A stretch of DNA of 62,974 bases, filler included, from Octopus bimaculoides (taxonomy: Eukaryota): NCBI RefSeq assembly GCF_001194135.2. It is 12 parts of 11 records of this genome, joined end to end, with 100 filler letters (N's around TTAATTAATTAA, not from the genome) between each part and the next. Parts side by side here need not be neighbours in the genome. Positions count along the whole stretch, not along the records: positions 3,525 to 16,943 come from NC_068983.1; positions 17,044 to 19,798 come from NC_068982.1; positions 19,899 to 22,403 come from NW_026372962.1; positions 22,504 to 30,679 come from NW_026436125.1; 8 more parts are not named here. One strand, 5' to 3'. Below, one piece after another: positions 11,511 through 24,090 of the stretch. A program made the position numbers and the translations under genes. Positions within the stretch are counted from its first letter, which is position 1, and each line of letters begins with the position of its first letter. Under the pieces are notes generated by a model. It was not told the DNA's origin. It did no database searches and was given only the letters and a program-made list of their open reading frames with translations.

Positions 11511-12584
11511 ATTACCTACCAGTGATCTCATATGAGATCACTTAAAAATTACAAATTTCGTAATTATCTGTCAATATTTACACATATCTAACCTTTTTGC
11601 TATATCTACTAGGTATATTTCTCTGATATTCAAATGAGGTTTGCTAATTTTTCACCCAATATCTCGCTTATTTCTATTTAAAATGTTATTTTGAAATGTT
11701 ATTTTGATCATTCCAGCGTGTTTCTAAGGCTGTTTTATGCTAGAAATCAAAGTTTCATAAAAAAATTCCAGTTAATAGAATTATGGGAAGTAATGGGCTA
11801 AACGTGGTAGTGAAAATGATTAAGAGATCTCTGTGTTTAAACGAGACACTAATTGCATCTGTTTCGTAACATCATTTGTAATCACTGAACTTAGCGTTTC
11901 TTTCAAAGTGAATATTCTCACGTCTATTAATCAGTCTTTTTCCTCCATTCTTTCTCCCTTTCCTTTTCCCTACATTCTCGCCTTCTATCTTCTTTCTCAC
12001 TTCATTCATTCCGTCTCTCTCAATTACATCATCTGAAGGAAATGAGGAGAACCTAGTAGCTACAGTTAGATTAGCATTCAAAGCATGCTACAGTGTGAAT
12101 CAAAAGAACCCAGACGTTCCAGTTAACATCAATTATGCTCGACACTTCTGGTGAAAGCAACACTTTTTGAGGGTGTTGAAATCATAATGACCTCCACTTG
12201 ACAGATGATGACGGAGACGTCTGAGAGTGTAAGGTTGTATATAAATAATACTAAAAAGATAACAAAAGTATAAAAAGGAATAGCTATTGCTTCAATGTTC
12301 TTGACTTGAGGTATAGTATGTTTGTATGTATGTATGTGTGTATGTATAGTATAGTATGATTCGACAGTTTTTGTATCTTCGTCACCTGTGGACTGGTTTT
12401 GTGTAAAACAATGCTATTGTTCGGCAAATACTAGTGACAGCAGAGACATGCTAATGGTACTAATAATACTAATAACACCACATCAGCTTTGAAATGTTAA
12501 ACGACAATTCAATAACACACATATGCAAAGTATTCTCCCTCTCGTTTTCAGCTTCTCCCACTCTCTCTTTCAATATATATACGT

Positions 12585-12620
12585 GTGTGCGCATGCGCGT
12601 GTGTGCGCACGCGCGTGTGT

Positions 12621-12693
<73 letters not shown>

Positions 12694-13070
12694 CCAGTAT
12701 AGCCGCGATCAAAATAACTGAAACAAGTAAAAGAATATACCTAGATACATACATACATACACACATACACACATACACACATACATACATACAAACATAC
12801 ATAATACATACATAATACACACATACATACATACATACATACATACACATACATACATACATACATACATACATACACACATACATACATATATACATAC
12901 ATACATACACACATACATACAAACATACATAAATACATACAAACATACATAATACATACATAATACACACATACACACATACATACATACAAACATACAT
13001 AATACATACATACATACATACACACATACATACATACATACATAAATACATGCATACATATATACATACA
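12585..13070. repeat. (TG)n and complex (TACA/CA) repeat, with a short SINE A tail at about 12690-12735
   Basis: Direct reading. Confidence 0.9.
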
Positions 13071-13205
13071 AACTTCCCTGTTGTTGATGTTGAAATTCCA
13101 ATGAAGGAACCTTGGATCTAGGTTAGAAACCGGTTCTTTCTCTGTTGGCAAGAAATTTTGAAACAAAACTGAATAACGACATACATACATACATACATAC
13201 ATACA

Positions 13206-13512
13206 TGAAGGCGAGTGGCTTAGTGGTTAGGGCATTCAACTCGCGATTGTAAGGTCGTGAGTTCACTCCCCGGCCATGCGTTGTTGTGTCCTTGAGCAAG
13301 ACACTTTATTTCACGTTGCTCCAGCCCACTCAGCTGGCAAAAATGAGTTGTACTTGTATTTCAAAGGGCCGGCCTTGTCACATTCTGAGAACTACGTTAG
13401 GGGTACACGTGTCTTTGGATTGCTCAGTCACTTGCACGTTAATTTCACGAGCAAGCTGTTCCGTTGATCGTATCAGCTGGGACCCTCGTCGTCGTAACCG
13501 ACGGAGTGCTCC
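13206..13512 (+). mobile_element. Full-length tRNA-derived SINE, family C (tail type 1), followed by (TACA)n
   Basis: tgaaggcgagtggcttagtggttag (A box) and gagttcactccc (B box); body homologous to 52726-53075. Confidence 0.9.
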
Positions 13513-13568
13513 TACATACATACATACATACATACATACATACATACATACATACATACATACATACA

Positions 13569-13599
<31 letters not shown>

Positions 13600-13607
13600 G
13601 TGGTACT

Positions 13608-13890
13608 TGCAAATACCTGGGCATTGATGAAAATATATCATACGAAGCTACTATGAATAAAAACAGAGTGACCCAAGAATATTACACCAGACTAAGAAAA
13701 ACTATGGCAGTCGGAACTCTCCTCTTACAATAAGACAATATTTCACAGTGCAGTTACAGTACCAGTGCTGATTCCAACATTTAGGATACTTGACTGGTCT
13801 GCAGAAGAAATCCACTTCATAGACATTTAAAACGCCTGTAAGATTCTAGCATCAACTGGAAATCTCCACAGAAATGGCGATATCGACAGG
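13608..13890 (+). mobile_element. R4/Dong-type non-LTR retrotransposon fragment (end of RT and thumb)
   Basis: KYLGIDEN..QEYYTRLRK, then after frameshifts NKTIFHSAVTVPVLIPTFRILDWSAEEIHFID...STGNLHRNGDIDR, matching the known R4-clade post-RT pattern. Confidence 0.8.
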
Positions 13891-14317
13891 CATATGTGCG
13901 GTAATATGCTTTAATAGAAATATACTTTTGACGCCATGGTAATATCAGGTTATATGGCATACACACGATAATCATAATTTAACTCTTATCAAATTTTTTG
14001 GTGCTTATACAACATTATGAAATGAATACAAATTTTTAAACAAAAAATATTTATTACCTTAAAATAAAATTCAATAAAACAAATTTCCCCATTTGTATAA
14101 CTCCTGTCCTAACTACTCTGCCATTTACTCTTTCTTCTTCTCTTCTTGCCACCAAGCATAACACGTGCACACATCCTGAACTCCTTCGTTCACTCCCTCA
14201 GTATCTCTCTTTTACTTTCTCTCTCCCTCTCTCTATACGATATAAAGTGACTGGAGGATTCAAACAATCAACCAACAACCCAACCAAACATTTATATCGG
14301 CTATTATCAAATAGAGC

Positions 14318-14749
14318 TAAGGCGGCAAGCTGGCGGAATCGTTAGCACGCCGGACGAAATGCTTAGCGGTATTTCGTCTGTTGTTACGTTCTGAGTTCAA
14401 ACTCCGCCGAGGTCGACTTTGCTTTTCATCCTTTCGGGGTCGATAAATTAAGTACCATTGGAGTGAATACTAGGGTCGATGTAATCGACTCATCCCACCT
14501 CCAAATTTCAGGCTTTGTGTCTAGAGTAAAAAGCATTATTAAATAGAGATAAAGTTGCGAGCTGGCAGAATCGTTCGCACGCCGGACAAAATGCATTTCG
14601 TCCATTTTTATGACCTGGGTTCAAATTCCGTTGAGGTCGACTTTGCCTTTCATTTTTTCGTGGTGGATAAATTAAGTATCAGTTGAATGTTATTGACTAA
14701 CTCCGCCCACAAAATTTCAGGCCTCGTACCTATAATGGAAAGGATTATT
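14318..14749 (+). mobile_element. Two tandem family B SINEs (14318-14540 and 14549-14749)
   Basis: Each reads gc(a/g)agctggc..aatcgtt.gcacgccggac..gagttcaaa..ccg..gaggtcgactttgc.tttcat..gataaattaagta. Confidence 0.9.
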
Positions 14750-14759
14750 AAATAGAGAT

Positions 14760-14960
14760 AGCTATTGTTATTTAACACCAGGTCAAATTTGATCTACCAG
14801 ATCTTTGACCAAAATCGAACCGGTCTGGACCATCTTGTCATTTATCAGATATATAATGTCTATAACTACATTATCCTTCCTTCAAAACGAAAAAGTGTGA
14901 CCTGAGAGAGACTTCTCTGCTATTTCTTGTGGACCAAGCATCCACATAGAAACTTCTCCC
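14760..14960 (-). mobile_element. Interspersed repeat, family F (SINE-like, CAA-tailed)
   Basis: Reverse complement shares gaaatagcag..tctctc..atcacac and tttgatcataggtctg-like motifs with 36890-37165 and 39555-39725. Confidence 0.55.
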
Positions 14961-15269
14961 TGTTCTAAGTAATCGAGAGGGTCGCAGAAACCCTGCTCTG
15001 AGATTCCACCGTTTTTATCATGCTGTTCTCTCTGTTGCTGCCATTCTTGTGATAATCACAGCCACGACGATTCCAACAGCTTACCAGAATATTTACTATT
15101 CTTTAGCAAACACTACAGAATAAACCTTTGTCGTCTGTAAAAACAATTTTTATAGACGGCATCAATACATCATCGTCGTCTGTTTCTTCATTTCTACAGA
15201 AAACATGTCTTTTTAATTTCCTGCCATCCCTTCTATATAACTTTTTTTTCACACTTTCAACCATCCACT

Positions 15270-15270
<1 letters not shown>

Positions 15271-15340
<70 letters not shown>
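15271..15340. repeat. (ATA)n microsatellite
   Basis: Direct reading. Confidence 0.97.
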
Positions 15341-15343
<3 letters not shown>

Positions 15344-16511
15344 GCTAATAGTCTTTGGGTTTTCATCCACTTTGCAGTTGCAAAGAAAACATTTCCCATA
15401 TAAAACAAAAGATGCAAGGAATATAGGAATGGTAAAATGGGGAGAACGAGGAATATAATAATTGTCTTTGAGACAAAGAAGATTGTTTTACGATTTTAGA
15501 AATCTGAAATTTCTAAACAACGATTCCAGTTGCGGTGAGAGGTGGTGAGTAAATGTGTGTGTGTGTNNNNNNNNNNNNNNNNNNNNNNNNNNNNNNNNNN
15601 NNNNNNNNNNNNNNNNNNNNNNNNNNNNNNNNNNNNNNNNNNNNNNNNNNNNNNNNNNNNNNNNNNNNNNNNNNNNNNNNNNNNNNNNNNNNNNNNNNNN
15701 NNNNNNNNNNNNNNNNNNNNNNNNNNNNNNNNNNNNNNNNNNNNNNNNNNNNNNNNNNNNNNNNNNNNNNNNNNNNNNNNNNNNNNNNNNNNNNNNNNNN
15801 NNNNNNNNNNNNNNNNNNNNNNNNNNNNNNNNNNNNNNNNNNNNNNNNNNNNNNNNNNNNNNNNNNNNNNNNNNNNNNNNNNNNNNNNNNNNNNNNNNNN
15901 NNNNNNNNNNNNNNNNNNNNNNNNNNNNNNNNNNNNNNNNNNNNNNNNNNNNNNNNNNNNNNNNNNNNNNNNNNNNNNNNNNNNNNNNNNNNNNNNNNNN
16001 NNNNNNNNNNNNNNNNNNNNNNNNNNNNNNNNNNNNNNNNNNNNNNNNNNNNNNNNNNNNNNNNNNNNNNNNNNNNNNNNNNNNNNNNNNNNNNNNNNNN
16101 NNNNNNNNNNNNNNNNNNNNNNNNNNNNNNNNNNNNNNNNNNNNNNNNNNNNNNNNNNNNNNNNNNNNNNNNNNNNNNNNNNNNNNNNNNNNNNNNNNNN
16201 TGGTTTTAGTTTAGTGAGGAATAACAACTAACATATATAACAACGAGCAGACGACAGACCGGAGATGGGCGGGGAGGTAAGAAACCCTTTCGAATCATTG
16301 TAACGCTCCCGCTTGCACCTCTTCGCCTCTTTCTTCACTTTACTACGACTACGACTACTACTACTACTGCTACTACTACTACTACTACTACTACTACTAT
16401 GTATTCTTTAATCTCCACCTGAGTAAGAAATACTGTGAAAAGAAGGAAGCATTACAGTCGTAATAAATAAATATATGTAGATATTATACAGACAAGAAAG
16501 TATGCTGTTGC

Positions 16512-16548
<37 letters not shown>

Positions 16549-16558
16549 NNNNNNNNNN

Positions 16559-16589
<31 letters not shown>

Positions 16590-16818
16590 TACAAGGGGCT
16601 TATTGTTGAAAAGCTAATAATGGTTTTTCTTTAAAATATTTCAGTAGTGTGTGTGTGTATATATATAAGTGCATGCGTGTATATGTATGTATGTATATGT
16701 CTGTATGTATGTATGTAAGTATGTATGTATGTATGTACGTATGTGTGTATTTATTTATGTATGTATCTATCTATATACACACATACATATATATATATAT
16801 ACATATATATATATTATA

Positions 16819-16855
<37 letters not shown>

Positions 16856-17043
16856 GAAGGTTTGAAAATGCACTTATTTTTTAAAAATATTTATTTACTT
16901 AACCGGTTTCACTTTTTTAGAAAAAGATTATCAAAAGTCTTTGNNNNNNNNNNNNNNNNNNNNNNNNNNNNNNNNNNNNNNNNNNNNTTAATTAATTAAN
17001 NNNNNNNNNNNNNNNNNNNNNNNNNNNNNNNNNNNNNNNNNNN

Positions 17044-17097
<54 letters not shown>

Positions 17098-17104
17098 TTA
17101 TATA

Positions 17105-17232
17105 TACGACGGGCTTTGATCGACCTGACGCTATAGTAGAAGACACTTGCTGAAGGTGTCACGCAGTGTGACTGAATCCAGAACTATGTGGTTCGTAAGC
17201 AAGCTACTTACCACGCAGCCACCCGTGCGCCT
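17105..17232 (-). mobile_element. SINE family A, 5' half
   Basis: Reverse complement of the family A head, ending at the internal microsatellite. Confidence 0.85.
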
Positions 17233-17241
17233 AATGCGAGA

Positions 17242-17281
<40 letters not shown>

Positions 17282-17501
17282 AGAAGTTTCGTTTATTTTT
17301 AAATATTTTAGTTATATAAGGTAGACAAATATTATTTAGTTGTTTGGTATTGACTCCTATATACGTCTGGTCGAACTTTTAACATGAAATTTTGCGTGTT
17401 ATTAATCAAATGATTGTCATATTATTAGTCGGTGAAGGAGAGAAAATTGATGAAAAAAACCAAAGTTTTAGAAAGTATTAAGTTTTTAAAACTACGTGTA
17501 A

Positions 17502-17559
<58 letters not shown>

Positions 17560-17761
17560 GTATAATAACAATGCCATTAATCACCAAAATATTCTATCCA
17601 TCGGACAAACGTTCTTACACAAACAACTAATAACTTTTCTACAAGAAACAACTTAAAACCATCGAATCAAATATCTGCAATAAATATTCTGTTCTAATCC
17701 CACATTTGCCCTGATTTCATTGAAATATTTTGGTTTTTAATAAACTTTTAGATGAAGCTTG

Positions 17762-18000
17762 GGGCATAGTTAGGTACTGAGGAGCTTGCTTCATAACTAT
17801 ATCGTTCTGGATTCAGTCCAACTGCGTGGCACCATGGCCAAATGTCTTCTATTGTACTCTCAGGGCCGTTATAGCATTGTAAGTAGATTTGATAAAGGGA
17901 AATTAAAAAAAAAAGGCCGTCGTGTGTATATATATGCACATGTGTTGTCTCTGTGTGTGTATGTGGGGAGGAATGCGTGTGTGTTTGCCTGTTTGATGGC
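17762..18000 (+). mobile_element. Degraded SINE family A, 5' half
   Basis: gagcttgcttc..ggattcagtccaactgcgtggcaccatggccaaatgtcttcta. Confidence 0.75.
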
Positions 18001-18244
18001 ATTTGCCTTAGGTGTAATGTAGATCTGTACCTGATGTCTTAGTAATGAGTTTAGTGAGGAGATTGATTGTGGGGAAATAGGAAGCATATACGTCGAATAT
18101 GATTCGAAGATTATTGCTTGGAGTTCTGTTAAGATTACGACTTGAATGGAAGTGATGAAATTGGGCCACTTATTTAGACACTTCAGCAATTTTGAATCGA
18201 ATCTAGATATCTCCAGTCCATTTGGAAGCAATTTACATTTGGAA

Positions 18245-18320
<76 letters not shown>

Positions 18321-18456
18321 AATCAGGGTACAAGATAGTACCACCATTGTTCGAAATAAGAGTCAAAACTACTCAAAAGCCAGCTATCACTAATACACAC
18401 TGGTGAATTCGAGGAAACTATTGAATAAAATAGCCAACATACAAATAGCTAGTAAA

Positions 18457-18912
18457 AATCGCAAATGAATTTGCAGATGTTCTCCCATCATGTGATTTTG
18501 AACCCTGTGATAAAGATTTAGTTCTCTCCTGAGTGAATATTGCTGCCGAGGGCTAAAGTCACTCGCGTCACCATGTGTGTATTGACCATTTAAATGCAGC
18601 GGCAAATTCAAAAATGATCGAGGTGAGAAAAAAATAAAATATATAAAGATATTACCATTAATAAATGATAATAATATAAGTGGCTAGCAAGGATAAAATA
18701 ACTAGAAATCGTAAAGTTATTAATAAATAAATTAGCCAAATTACCAGCAAGGAATAATAATCACAAATGAATTTGCGGATGTACTTATATCACGTAGTTT
18801 CAAACCCTGTGATAAACAGTTCACTTCAGTGAGAACTGCTGCCGAGGGCTAAAGATTAATGTTTGAATTTTCCACTGCATTCAAATGGTCAATACACACA
18901 TGGTGATGCGAG

Positions 18913-18913
<1 letters not shown>
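18457..18913. repeat. Partial tandem duplication with an inverted 52-bp segment
   Basis: 18457-18558 resembles 18759-18854 in direct orientation; 18561-18612 is the reverse complement of 18862-18913. Confidence 0.85.
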
Positions 18914-18944
<31 letters not shown>

Positions 18945-19157
18945 NNNNNNNNNNNNNNNNNNNNNNNNNNNNNNNNNNNNNNNNNNNNNNNNNNNNNNNN
19001 NNNNNNNNNNNNNNNNNNNNNNNNNNNNNNNNNNNNNNNNNNNNATACATATATATACATACATATATATACATATATACATACATATGTGTGTATGTGT
19101 GTGTGCGTGTGTGTGCGTGTGTGCGTGTGTGTGTGCGTGTGTGTGTGTGTGTGAAGA

Positions 19158-19789
19158 GTGTTAGGTGTGATGCACAGAAATTGAATATTGAAAAAAATCG
19201 TCAGAATTTGGAAAAAAAAATCCTTTTATTTCTTACAAAAAAAAAAAAGAAAAACATGGTGTTTGGTGATCACTGAAATCAGTTTGCTTTCTATTTTCCT
19301 CTTTTCCTTTCCCCTTTTTCTTCCTTTCTTTTTCTCGTCTTTCAGTTATATTTAGAATATACTGCATCCAAAATTTTTTGCAGAGGTCACCATCCTTAAA
19401 TCCATTCCAATACGATGGTAAAGGACTAAGTAAATAAATAAATGGTGAATAGGCAGGTGGATATCCCTTCTCTCTCTCTCTTTCACTCTATCTATCTATC
19501 TATCTATCTGCTTATACATCTTCCATTGTCTCCAAAGCCTCACCCACAAAAAAAAACAAAACAAAAAACAAAACAAAACAAAACAATGTTCTGTTATAAA
19601 CAAAAGCAAAAAAAAAAACCTACCTGTTTTATATAAATAAGCAAGATCTCTGTATTTTCACAGAATTATATTTGACAAGTTCGAAAGACGAACAAAAGCG
19701 CTGTATATGTATAAAATAAATGAAAGAAGTTATTCCAAAATTCTGACGACTTTTTTTCAATATTTAATTCTGTACATCACACCTAACAC
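19158..19789. mobile_element. MITE-like element with about 56-bp imperfect TIRs between (TG)n and (CA)n tracts
   Basis: 19158-19213 (gtgttaggtgtgatgcacagaaattgaatattgaaaaaaatcgtcagaatttggaa) matches the reverse complement of 19733-19789. Confidence 0.75.
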
Positions 19790-20367
19790 ACACACACANN
19801 NNNNNNNNNNNNNNNNNNNNNNNNNNNNNNNNNNNNNNNNNNTTAATTAATTAANNNNNNNNNNNNNNNNNNNNNNNNNNNNNNNNNNNNNNNNNNNNTA
19901 TATGAAGACATACACACATACATACATACTACATACCTGCATACATACATGTTTACATGCATACATACATACATACATACGTACGTACATATATACATAC
20001 ATACATACATACATACATACATACATACATACATACGTACGTACGTACATACATACATACATACATACATACATACATACATACATACATACATACATTA
20101 CAACTATACATATATTTTTGTGGTCGATATTACACATGTGATGAGCAGCTGCCCAAAAATGTCGTTCAGGTGCTACCTTCCAATGCGTCATGTTGTTGAT
20201 GCTAAAACAATATACAATACCATCCATAAGAAAGACAGCTTTAGGATAAATACAGAGAATAGCACTGCTTTTGAATATAAACATAAGCACATATCAACAC
20301 AGGTGGATGCTGTGGAACATTCTCATCGAAACTTCTGCCAAGTGCAGACATAACAGTCACGATATAT

Positions 20368-20693
20368 TTGTTAGTGGATTTGGGGGACGGAAACTGTAAG
20401 AAGCCCGTCGTGTGTGTCTGTGTCTGTGTGTCTGTGTCTGTGTGTCTGTGTGCATGTGTGTCTGTGTCTGTGTTTGTCCCCACACCATCGTTTGACAACC
20501 GTTGCTAGTGTGTTTATGTCCCCGTAACTTAGCGGTTAAGCATAAGAGACCGATAGAATAAATACTAGACTTACAAACGTACAGAGAATAAGTCGTGGGG
20601 TCGATTTGTTCGACTAAAATCCTTTAAAGCGGTACTCCAACAATAGCTGCAGTCAAATTATTGAAACAAGTAAAAAAAATAATAGAATAAAGA

Positions 20694-20694
<1 letters not shown>
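20368..20694 (+). mobile_element. SINE family A, 5'-truncated
   Basis: Homologous to the middle and 3' part of 10468-10890. Confidence 0.85.
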
Positions 20695-20725
<31 letters not shown>

Positions 20726-21291
20726 NNNNNNNNNNNNNNNNNNNNNNNNNNNNNNNNNNNNNNNNNNNNNNNNNNNNNNNNNNNNNNNNNNNNNNNNNNN
20801 NNNNNNNNNNNNNNNNNNNNNNNNNNNNNNNNNNNNNNNNNNNNNNNNNNNNNNNNNNNNNNNNNNNNNNNNNNNNNNNNNNNNNNNNNNNNNNNNNNNN
20901 NNNNNNNNNNNNNNNNNNNNNNNNNNNNNNNNNNNNNNNNNNNNNNNNNNNNNNNNNNNNNNNNNNNNNNNNNNNNNNNNNNNNNNNNNNNNNNNNNNNN
21001 NNNNNNNNNNNNNNNNNNNNNNNNNNNNNNNNNNNNNNNNNNNNNNNNNNNNNNNNNNNNNNNNNNNNNNNNNNNNNNNNNNNNNNNNNNNNNNNNNNNN
21101 NNNNNNNNNNNNNNNNNNNNNNNNNNNNNNNNNNNNNNNNNNNNNNNNNNNNNNNNNNNNNNNNNNNNNNNNNNNNNNNNNNNNNNNNNNNNNNNNNNNN
21201 NNNNNNNNNNNNNNNNNNNNNNNNNNNNNNNNNNNNNNNNNNNNNNNNNNNNNNNNNNNNNNNNNNNNNNNNNNNNNNNNNNNNNNNNNNN

Positions 21292-21650
21292 GTGCGTTTA
21301 CATACCCGTAACTTAGCGGTTCAGCAAAATACACCGATAGAATAAGTACTAGGCTTACAAAGAATAAGTCATGGGGTTGATTTGCTCGACTAAAGGCGGT
21401 GCTCCGGCGTGGCCGCAGTCAAATGACTAAAACAAGTAAAAGAGTAAAAGAATATATATTTGTGTGGAACACCGTCATATGTGTGTGTTTGTGTGTTAGT
21501 GTTCATCCCCCATTAATGCTGGCTTGTTTACGTTCCCGTAACTTAGCGGTTTGACAAAAAGAACTGGTAGAATTAGTATCAGATCTTTTTAAATAAGTAC
21601 TGGTGTCGAATTATTCGACTAAAACCTTTCAAGTGACTGAAATATGTAAA
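21292..21650 (+). mobile_element. Two SINE family A 3' halves (21292-21451 and 21481-21650)
   Basis: Both contain ccgtaacttagcggtt..., ..gtcga/gttga..tcgactaaa and tgact.aaa. Confidence 0.8.
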
Positions 21651-22744
21651 GAGCTGAAGGATAAAAGGAGAATAACAAACTAAAGGACAATGGATTGCAG
21701 AATTGCTACAGCGACAAACAAAATATTTTATTTTGTCGTATTTCGTTGCAGACCCTTTGTATTCTTTCATCATTTCAGGGCCGATAAAATACAATATCAG
21801 TCAAGTATTTGCAGCAAATTTAGTTTGATTTTAGCAAGTTGCCCAAAATGTGGGGCATATGTCTGTATTAAAAATCACTTGTTATATATAAATTAAGGGA
21901 AAGAATTGGCAGAAACGACGGGATATCTATGTAACTAAATATTTTACGATATTGAATTTCGTTCAATGATACTTTGTGTGTAAATCCCATTGGGGTCGAC
22001 ACTGTATACCATATCTCTTATAAAATAAATAAATATTTATTATATATAAATATACTACTACAATTCTAGACGGGTCTACATTGACAAAGATGGCGAAGCC
22101 CGGTGAAAACGAGGCTCAATAGACAAAATCTTCCCAAACAGAAGACAGCCTTAAGGTATTATTATTTTAACATATATTAACATGAACTAAAACGCAAACG
22201 AAAAGATATTCAAAGTATGGAATAAGGATATTTTGGGTGTGATGTAACCGGATCATGCCTGTAAAAAGGGGTGACGCCCTAAACAGGGTGAAATATATTT
22301 TCACGAAAGTATTCGCTGGTTTTTAAATTCTTGATACACAGTTAGGATAAATATGTCTACAGAAACCCAACCTTGAAGTAAAGGGATATAGGATTATATA
22401 TATNNNNNNNNNNNNNNNNNNNNNNNNNNNNNNNNNNNNNNNNNNNNTTAATTAATTAANNNNNNNNNNNNNNNNNNNNNNNNNNNNNNNNNNNNNNNNN
22501 NNNCATACACACAGACACATATACATGCACACACACACTTACATGCTTGCATATATACACACATGTGTATGCGCACACACACTCACCCACACACATGCGC
22601 ACAAACAAACAAAAAGAACGGACAACGGACAGAGTCAACGAGTATTNNNNNNNNNNNNNNNNNNNNNNNNNNNNNNNNNNNNNNNNNNNNNNNNNNNNNN
22701 NNNNNNNNNNNNNNNNNNNNNNNNNNNNNNNNNNNNNNNNNNNT

Positions 22745-24090
22745 AATCAGGTTAGAATTATTTCTAAGTTTAAAAATTTCATATGTTTCCATGAAACATA
22801 GCTCACATCTATATCTGCTATTTCTATAAGGTTGAGCTTTTCTTATAATTTCNNNNNNNNNNTTTCCCATTTAAGGCTAAAACTAGTACCACTTTCCTTT
22901 AATTCCCAAATTCTATTTGATAAAGACGTACAATTAGCCTTATGTTTAAGTCTAAACGATGGCAGGTGATTATATATACGCTGTTTCAAATTAATCGTAC
23001 ATTCCACATAATTATAATTATCAGTTATAGTACATTTATATACTACGCTTCGGGTGAGACATCGGCCTAATAACGGACAACGGGACTTATTTCTACAANN
23101 NNNNNNNNTAACGGACAACGGGACTTATTTCTACAATTGCAACTAGTAGAACTATCAATAACACCAATATTATTACTAAGATTTAAATTATTATCGTTAT
23201 CATTATTCGCATTGATATTATTTCCCTTATTATTAATTCTATTATCAGGCTTGTTATGATCACTTCTATTACTATCTNNNNNNNNNNNNNNNNNNNNNNN
23301 NNNNNNNNNNNNNNNNNNNNNNNNNNNNNNNNNNNNNNNNNNNNNNNNNNNNNNNNNNNNNNNNNNNNNNNNNNNNNNNNNNNNNNNNNNNNNNNNNNNN
23401 NNNNNNNNNNNNNNNNNNNNNNNNNNNNNNNNNNNNNNNNNNNNNNNNNNNNNNNNNNNNNNNNNNNNNNNNNNNNNNNNNNNNNNNNNNNNNNNNNNNN
23501 NNNNNNNNNNNNNNNNNNNNNNNNNNNNNNNNNNNNNNNNNNNNNNNNNNNNNNNNNNNNNNNNNNNNNNNNNNNNNNNNNNNNNNNNNNNNNNNNNNNN
23601 NNNNNNNNNNNNNNNNNNNNNNNNNNNNNNNNNNNNNNNNNNNNNNNNNNNNNNNNNNNNNNNNNNNNNNNNNNNNNNNNNNNNNNNNNNNNNNNNNNNN
23701 NNNNNNNNNNNNNNNNNNNNNNNNNNNNNNNNNNNNNNNNNNNNNNNNNNNNNNNNNNNNNNNNNNNNNNNNNNNNNNNNNNNNNNNNNNNNNNNNNNNN
23801 NNNNNNNNNNNNNNNNNNNNNNNNNNNNNNNNNNNNNNNNNNNNNNNNNNNNNNNNNNNNNNNNNNNNNNNNNNNNNNNNNNNNNNNNNNNNNNNNNNNN
23901 NNNNNNNNNNNNNNNNNNNNNNNNNNNNNNNNNNNNNNNNNNNNNNNNNNNNNNNNNNNNNNNNNNNNNNNNNNNNNNNNNNNNNNNNNNNNNAAGAAGG
24001 AAATTTGTTTTGTAAAATAGCGATAAATTTCTTGTATATATTAGTGGATAATGCACAGTTGAATGGGATTGATATTAGATATACAAGTTT
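22745..24090 (-). mobile_element. Penelope-like element remnant: post-RT linker, Asn-rich spacer and GIY-YIG endonuclease
   Basis: ISIPFNCALSTNIYKKFIAILQNKFP at about 24080-24000. After the gap: SCNCRNKSRCPLLGRCLTRSVVYKCTIT...LKQRIYNHLPSF...TSLSNRIWELKE...KWE..IIRKAQPYRNSRYRCELCFMETYEI, the characteristic PLE GIY-YIG pattern. Confidence 0.85.

Noticed and set aside
14950-15123. 57-codon frame with a hydrophobic stretch (RFYHAVLSVAAILVIITATT)
   Set aside because: No start codon, no convincing donor site, and short enough to be chance in T-rich DNA.
16257-16285. GGGCGGGG box and GAG|GTAAGA donor-like site
   Set aside because: An isolated short motif beside a large gap, with no other support for a first exon.
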